From NCBI GenBank assembly GCA_021163765.1, contig JAGGTK010000053.1:8017-72016 (forward strand): a stretch of DNA of 64,000 bases. The letters run 5' to 3'. Origin of the DNA: a bacterium. GTDB lineage: Bacteria > 4484-113. Position numbers and translations under genes: made by a program. The notes beneath the pieces are model-generated. The model was not told where the DNA came from. It was given only the letters and a program-made list of their open reading frames with translations, and did no database searches. Within the stretch, counting starts at the first letter, position 1. Each line of letters begins with the position of its first letter. Shown in pieces: positions 58,822-64,000 of the stretch.

Positions 58822-59661
58822 CTATGCCACTTTGTAAGTGCCCGCGCCGATACCGATGAGATCGCCCTGGGCTATCGTGCTCTCGGCAGTCCTCTGTCCG
58901 CCGACATAGGTACCGTTAGTGCTTCCCAGGTCGCGCACCTTCAGCGAATCCTCAGCCCATGTGACGACACAGTGGCGCCGGGAAACCTGCCTGTCTTCCG
59001 AAAGCACAATGTCGCCCTCAGAGCGGCCAATGAAATTATCACCTTGCTTCAGCGGGAAGCGCTGTCCAAGGTATGGCCCGGCGACACCAACCAGCGCCGG
59101 CTCGCCGGCTCCTTCTTGCCCGGCGGACGCGCCTACTGCGGCTGTGTCACGCGTAGCAGCAGGCTCGGCTGTGGCAATGGCTTCTGATACTGGGCGGCTT
59201 GGCGCAGGCCCCCGCTCATCGTGCACCGCAGCCATTCGTGTGGCCTGAACCTTATCGTAAACTAGTCGCCCTACGACAAGCGCAAGATAAACCAGGGCGA
59301 GAGCCATTCCCAGTATAAACGTGATAAAGGCGACACCCATCGGCCCTGATTCGAGATGAGGTGCGTCCAGAACGAAAATAAAGCGCGTACCCACCGCGCA
59401 GCCCACAAGCGTGCCGAGCGCACCCATCGCGCGCAGATAGTGCGAATCGCCCACCTCGGCAACGAGAATCAGCAGGTAGGCGGCAATGATAAACGAATAG
59501 ACTGCCAGCGCATCCAGCAATCCCTGGGTGCCCAGCTTGGCGGCAGACTGTGTGAGATATATATAGCCGGGAAGCCCGAGCGTTATCAGGAGGAGGAACA
59601 CGAACAAGCGCAGGAGCGGCTTGTTGTAGAGCATATTCGCAATTCCGCCTGCTGGCAGCAT
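58822..59661 (-). CDS. membrane protein with C-terminal FHA domain
   Basis: about five TM helices then FHA signature (GR..DIVLS...VSRRH, GSTNGTYV). Confidence 0.7.
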   Translation of the reverse strand: MLPAGGIANMLYNKPLLRLFVFLLLITLGLPGYIYLTQSAAKLGTQGLLDALAVYSFIIAAYLLILVAEVGDSHYLRAMGALGTLVGCAVGTRFIFVLDAPHLESGPMGVAFITFILGMALALVYLALVVGRLVYDKVQATRMAAVHDERGPAPSRPVSEAIATAEPAATRDTAAVGASAGQEGAGEPALVGVAGPYLGQRFPLKQGDNFIGRSEGDIVLSEDRQVSRRHCVVTWAEDSLKVRDLGSTNGTYVGGQRTAESTIAQGDLIGIGAGTYKVA

Positions 59662-59680
59662 ATCGTCAAACGCCCCAGTG

Positions 59681-61399
59681 TTACTCGAGCGTTACCGTGA
59701 TCATATTGCTGTTAGCACGATAACCTTCGCCGATGGTTGGCTCAACCGCCTCAGGCGGGAAAACTGCCGTTACAAACGCACGGAATCCCGCTTCAAGATT
59801 TGGATCGTCCGTGTAGAGCATGCCGGTGCCCGTATCAATACTGAATGTGCCGGCTTCGTAAACCACAGGCGGCCCTTCGTCAGCCACTGGCCTGCCTATG
59901 GCCCAGCTAACATAGGGCGTGATGTCAATTTCCATATAGTCCTCAGCATCCCCGTCGTTATCGTCGAAAATGCCAATTGCCTCAAAATCGACCGGCGTGC
60001 CCAGGCTGACCGAGACATCCTCCGGCTCCTCCTGGCCCTCAACGCGCAGCGTTATGTCTAGAATGGAATAGATGGGTATCTCTACAACCGCGGACATAGC
60101 GAAGTTCTTTGCATCGTGCGCCACCACTCGCGCAACACCTACATCCGTCGCCGTCAACAGCCCCTTGTCGACTTCCGGTGTATCTCCTAAGGTAGCAGAG
60201 TTGCCGCCACTCTCAAGCATCCAGTCCACGAGTTCTGTGACATCCACCATCTCATCCTTGCCTTCGACCATAGCCCAGGCTTCGAGCTGGATAGAGATGT
60301 TTACGAACGGTTGCTCGTTATCTTCGATATCGTCCAGTGCTTCCTCGGTTATCACAAATGGTGCAGGGTCGGACGGACGGATCTCCAGCGACAGGATTTC
60401 AGTGATACCCTCGAACGTAAGTACGTTTGCCGACTCCACTCCTTCGTTGCCCTCAGCATCCTTTGGCACCACACGGTAGGAGTAGCGTCCGTCGATGGGC
60501 TCTGTGCTGTAAACATACTCCAGCGGCCCGTCGGCAGCTCTGGGATTCGGGTTTATATCTTCGCGCAGAACCATCCCCCCCGGGATATCGGTAAAGTCCT
60601 CGGAAGGCGGCACCGCAATCTGAACCTGGTATCCTGCAATGTCAACCCCGTAGAACATCGCCATCGGCGTGATATCTGAAATTCCAACCGTGCCGTTACG
60701 GTCATAGTCGGCAAGGAAATCCTCGTCATCATCAATGCCATCCGTCGATGAGTCGCCGTAGTTCATCGCGATAGGGCTTATATCAGCGATACTCACTTCG
60801 CCGCTGTTGTCGCCGTCGCCACTGTTGAGCTCATCCCATTGCAAAGTTACTACGTTGTTCGCGTCCATCGAGCCGGTAAGATGGACCGCGTTGTAATTGG
60901 GGTCCCGCGGAGCATCACATACCACGCGAGAGAGCGTCTCCGCTCCCGGACGGAATACGAGCCGGAAAAGGTCACAGTCGCCGCTCACTCCGGGGCGTTC
61001 GCCGAAATGAATGATTGCCGCGCCAAGAAACACCTGCGGTGCGCGCGGGATTACAGCGGAGATAGCATCTTGCCCCCCCAGCCCGTCGGCATACTCCGCC
61101 TCAACGAGCCGGTAGGAATCTGCGGGATACGTGAGTGAAAGCGCCGCAGCCTTCAGGTCTCTCGCGTCTCGCGCCCATACCCTGACCTCAAGTTCCCCTG
61201 TCATTGCGTCCAGACGCTGCTCAATCACGAAAGGAGTCGTCTCGCCTGTATAGACGCTGCCTTCGTCGCTGAGAATGAACGCGGGGACCCTGTCCGATGA
61301 CAGGGAAGAACTCTGAGTGAGCGACAGGCGTTCTCCTCCGGAACAGCCTACTACCAAAACCAGAAGAGCCGCAAATGCCGAATATTTGAGCATGTTCAT
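59681..61399 (-). CDS. lipoprotein with dockerin-type (Ca-binding) repeat pair
   Basis: lipobox LVLVVGCSGG; repeats DGDNSGEVSIADISPIAMNYG and DRNGTVGISDITPMAMFYG. Confidence 0.65.
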   Translation of the reverse strand: MNMLKYSAFAALLVLVVGCSGGERLSLTQSSSLSSDRVPAFILSDEGSVYTGETTPFVIEQRLDAMTGELEVRVWARDARDLKAAALSLTYPADSYRLVEAEYADGLGGQDAISAVIPRAPQVFLGAAIIHFGERPGVSGDCDLFRLVFRPGAETLSRVVCDAPRDPNYNAVHLTGSMDANNVVTLQWDELNSGDGDNSGEVSIADISPIAMNYGDSSTDGIDDDEDFLADYDRNGTVGISDITPMAMFYGVDIAGYQVQIAVPPSEDFTDIPGGMVLREDINPNPRAADGPLEYVYSTEPIDGRYSYRVVPKDAEGNEGVESANVLTFEGITEILSLEIRPSDPAPFVITEEALDDIEDNEQPFVNISIQLEAWAMVEGKDEMVDVTELVDWMLESGGNSATLGDTPEVDKGLLTATDVGVARVVAHDAKNFAMSAVVEIPIYSILDITLRVEGQEEPEDVSVSLGTPVDFEAIGIFDDNDGDAEDYMEIDITPYVSWAIGRPVADEGPPVVYEAGTFSIDTGTGMLYTDDPNLEAGFRAFVTAVFPPEAVEPTIGEGYRANSNMITVTLE

Positions 61400-61554
61400 G
61401 CGCAAGCCCCCACAGCACAATCGTTTCTTACAGATGTTCTATTTTACCACGAAAAAGCTTAAGAGCATCTTATACCCGCACTCAATGCAAGGACGCCCGC
61501 AATCTGGCAATAAGCCCAACAGCACGCCTGGATAATAAGGCAGATACTTGTGCC

Positions 61555-62100
61555 TTAGTCGCCTTCGTCCGGTACAAGCAGCCCGTAGCCGCTACTGCGG
61601 CGACGGTATACGACATTGATACTGTCGTTGTTGGAATTACGGAAGATGAAGAAGTCGTGCCCCGATAGCTCCATCTGAAGAACCGCCTCTTCAGGGCTCA
61701 TCGGTTTTACGGTGAACTTCTTCACACGGACAATCGCGCTATCTGAATCACCCGGCGCGAATGTTTCATCCGCACTTCCTTCATCCCCGTTTGTCCGGCG
61801 GCTGTCAATCATCCGCGTTTTGAACTTGCGGAGTTGCCTTTCCAGCTTCTCAACCACCGAATCGACGCCAGCGTAGAAAGAACTCCCCATCTCTTCAGCG
61901 CGAAGCAAATTGCCGGCAGCGTTGAGAGTAACCTCGACCTTCCGTGCGTTTTGTTTCTTTCCCCCGGCCTCGTCCACAAATTCAATATCGGCCGAGATGA
62001 TGTGATTGAAATACCTCTCCAGCCTTGTGACCTTACGCTCCCCATACTCTCTTAGCCTGCCGGATACCTCGAAATTCTTTCCCTTAGTGGTTAGCTGCAC
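61555..62100 (-). CDS. hpf: ribosome hibernation promoting factor (long form)
   Basis: RaiA/HPF N-domain plus C-terminal dimerisation domain. Confidence 0.85.
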   Translation of the reverse strand: MQLTTKGKNFEVSGRLREYGERKVTRLERYFNHIISADIEFVDEAGGKKQNARKVEVTLNAAGNLLRAEEMGSSFYAGVDSVVEKLERQLRKFKTRMIDSRRTNGDEGSADETFAPGDSDSAIVRVKKFTVKPMSPEEAVLQMELSGHDFFIFRNSNNDSINVVYRRRSSGYGLLVPDEGD

Positions 62101-62281
62101 CGATCACGCCTCCTTTTTCAGAGTACCAAGCCCTCAACACACATTATACACTACCGTTGATTGGGCGACAATCGTTTGTCCGCATCATTCCGGCTGCCGA
62201 AAACAATCCGCTGCAACTTAGCCAAACACCAAAACATCCTTGTGCAACCCCACTCTTGTGCTAGAGTATTGACCTGTCGAA

Positions 62282-63109
62282 ATGGCTTTCCAGAAAACAC
62301 TACTTGCCAAGTGCGAAGTTCAAGGGCCCGGGTTCATCCACAACCAAGACACGCGCGCGATATTCCTGCCAGCCAAACCCGACAGCGGTATCGTCTTCGT
62401 CCGCTCAGACCTCAGCGATAAGCCCGTCATACACTGCGGGCCCGGCAGCCAGGAGCCGAGCGGGAGCTGCACGACGCTTAGGTCCGGCGATGCAACCATA
62501 GCCGTAATTGAACACCTTCTGGCAGCCTGCGCCGCTCTTGGCATCACCAACCTTTTAGTCGAGGTAAACGGCCCTGAAATGCCGATTCTGGACGGTAGCG
62601 CCAGGATTTACGCCGATACTTTTCTCGGAGTTGGCATTAAGGAGCAGCCCTCAACCTACCGGGAGTTGCCGCTGAACCGTCCGTTGCTCTTGGAAGACGG
62701 GGACTCAGCGATTATCGCCCTGCCCTGTGAGACCCTGCGCTTCTCGTATATGCTTGATTACTCTAAGTATCCAGAGATTGGCTGCGATTTCGTAACGGTT
62801 GATCCGGGATCGGATGACCTGCTAACAAACCTGCTTCCGGCTCGCACGTTTATCGCCGAACCAGACGCGCTGGCAGCAGTCCGGAGCGGGTCAATCAGGT
62901 CGACAGACGAAAATATGGGCCTGATAATCCGTTCAGGAGTTAAGCCGGAACTTAGAATGAGCGGCGAGTTCGCCCGTCACAAGATTCTTGACCTGATCGG
63001 CGACCTGCACGTCCTGGGCAAGACTGTTCGCGCCCATTACATCGGGATCAGGAGCGGCCACAAGCTGAACTCACAACTGGTGCGAGAGCTAGCCGCCCGA
63101 TTCCCCTAG
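62282..63109 (+). CDS. lpxC: UDP-3-O-acyl-N-acetylglucosamine deacetylase
   Basis: LpxC family (TLRSGDATIAVIEHLLAA). Confidence 0.85.
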   Translation: MAFQKTLLAKCEVQGPGFIHNQDTRAIFLPAKPDSGIVFVRSDLSDKPVIHCGPGSQEPSGSCTTLRSGDATIAVIEHLLAACAALGITNLLVEVNGPEMPILDGSARIYADTFLGVGIKEQPSTYRELPLNRPLLLEDGDSAIIALPCETLRFSYMLDYSKYPEIGCDFVTVDPGSDDLLTNLLPARTFIAEPDALAAVRSGSIRSTDENMGLIIRSGVKPELRMSGEFARHKILDLIGDLHVLGKTVRAHYIGIRSGHKLNSQLVRELAARFP

Positions 63110-63133
63110 AAGCTTCTCCCGGCCGGTGTATTC

Positions 63134-63637
63134 CTACTCCGCGGTCGCTGCCGGTTTCTCTTTGCGCTTGACGGCGAAGCCCACATCCAGGGAGTAATTG
63201 CCGGCTCCGGTCAAGAACAAGCCAAACAATACGGCTCCCAGCACCAGAGTATATTCTATACCCCCCTGGTAAACCGTTTCACCATGCTCGCCCCAGCCGT
63301 ACAGGACCATAAAGAATCCGCCGGTATACTCCACCATGGTCAGAAGCATAAGCATAACCAGCGCGTTCAGCAAAGCCGACAGGCGGGTCATAAGTCCGAA
63401 AATGATTAAGATGCCGCCGACGAACTGAACCAGGCCGAAAACCCATGCCCATCCGTGTGAGCCGATGAGGAAGTTAAGGCCGTGGAGATCCAGGTAAGCA
63501 GCATAATCCTCCATCCCAATGCCTGTCCACCAGTAGAAGAGAATCTGGCTGCCACGTGCGAAAAGCACTACACCAATAACCAGCCGTATGAGGAATAGCC
63601 CCGCGCTAAATGCGACGATCCGCCCATCCTCTTTCAT
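63134..63637 (-). CDS. DoxX-family membrane protein
   Basis: four TM helices with DoxX-like pattern. Confidence 0.7.
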   Translation of the reverse strand: MKEDGRIVAFSAGLFLIRLVIGVVLFARGSQILFYWWTGIGMEDYAAYLDLHGLNFLIGSHGWAWVFGLVQFVGGILIIFGLMTRLSALLNALVMLMLLTMVEYTGGFFMVLYGWGEHGETVYQGGIEYTLVLGAVLFGLFLTGAGNYSLDVGFAVKRKEKPAATAE

Positions 63638-63822
63638 ATTTCGCCCCTCCTCGCGTTATGAGCTGATGAGCTATTTTAGCACATCCGAGTTGCAGCCTTT
63701 GCCGTGCCCGGTTACTGCAAGCCGCCAGGACTTCTCTGTCTCCGGGAATCTCCGCTGTTAAAACAGGTGGGGCCCACCCAAGCAGGCCCCGCCTGTTACG
63801 CACACAGAATGAATCAGCTAAT

Positions 63823-64000
63823 ATTCGTTCGGCCAGATCCAGACGTGGAGCTCTTTAAACTCGTTATCTCCCAGGTAAGTATCCTCCAGCCCGTAGTAGT
63901 AAACCTCCTGGATCCACTTATGAGCGACCACGACATACGGGACGTCTCCGCTCGGCGGCAGGTCAAAGAAGTGGTAAAGGCCCTGCTCGTTGCTTTCGGC
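63823..64000 (-). CDS. hypothetical protein, C-terminal fragment (gene continues beyond window end)
   Basis: minus-strand ORF open to window edge ending ...HVWIWPNEY*. Confidence 0.4.

Noticed and set aside
1-64000. CRISPR arrays, IS elements, integrases, rRNA and tRNA genes
   Set aside because: No regularly spaced direct repeats, transposase/integrase-like ORFs, tRNA cloverleaf candidates or rRNA-like stretches were seen; coding density leaves little room.

Overview
This is a 64-kb contig from an uncultured bacterium of about 58-60% GC. It is probably an anaerobic diderm, given lpxC, two 2-oxoacid:ferredoxin oxidoreductase (OFOR) sets, a KamA-family radical SAM enzyme and Hdr-like genes. 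No mobile elements, rRNA, tRNA or CRISPR arrays were found; coding density is high on both strands.

Housekeeping genes I can recognise include phosphoglucomutase (5' partial), an OppD/DppD-type ABC ATPase, a canonical 4-subunit OFOR (delta-alpha-beta-gamma), an MtaB-like methylthiotransferase, a LysR regulator divergent from a CCG-domain Fe-S protein, lpdA, pyrK, tsaE, tsaB, pyrF, nadK-recN, glnA, smpB, murI, rph, icd, lipB, hpf and lpxC.

The most striking feature is a roughly 12-kb co-oriented, tightly packed gene string at 31837-43776. The delta, alpha and beta subunits of a second OFOR are followed by a large heterodisulfide-reductase-like module, and the missing OFOR gamma subunit appears only at the far end. 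The Hdr module comprises a tandem HdrA-HdrA pair interrupted by an in-frame TAG, a standalone MvhD, an HdrD-like CB-type subunit, an HdrA-MvhD fusion, a small FmdB-type zinc ribbon ORF, HdrC and HdrB. Both HdrA modules that carry the inserted-ferredoxin motif have an in-frame TGA at the conserved DCSxCIL cysteine position. Each TGA is followed about 20 nt downstream by a perfect hairpin with a GGUC apical loop. This looks like a bacterial SECIS element, so both are probably selenocysteine codons.

Other notable items are three tandem paralogous zinc-ribbon membrane proteins, a HARE-HTH/NucS-like fusion, a solo Cas4-like nuclease, an HD-GYP/GGDEF pair, a 590-bp non-coding stretch with a minus-strand intrinsic terminator, a tricorn-protease homolog, a dockerin-bearing lipoprotein and a pair of paralogous membrane-anchored proteins.
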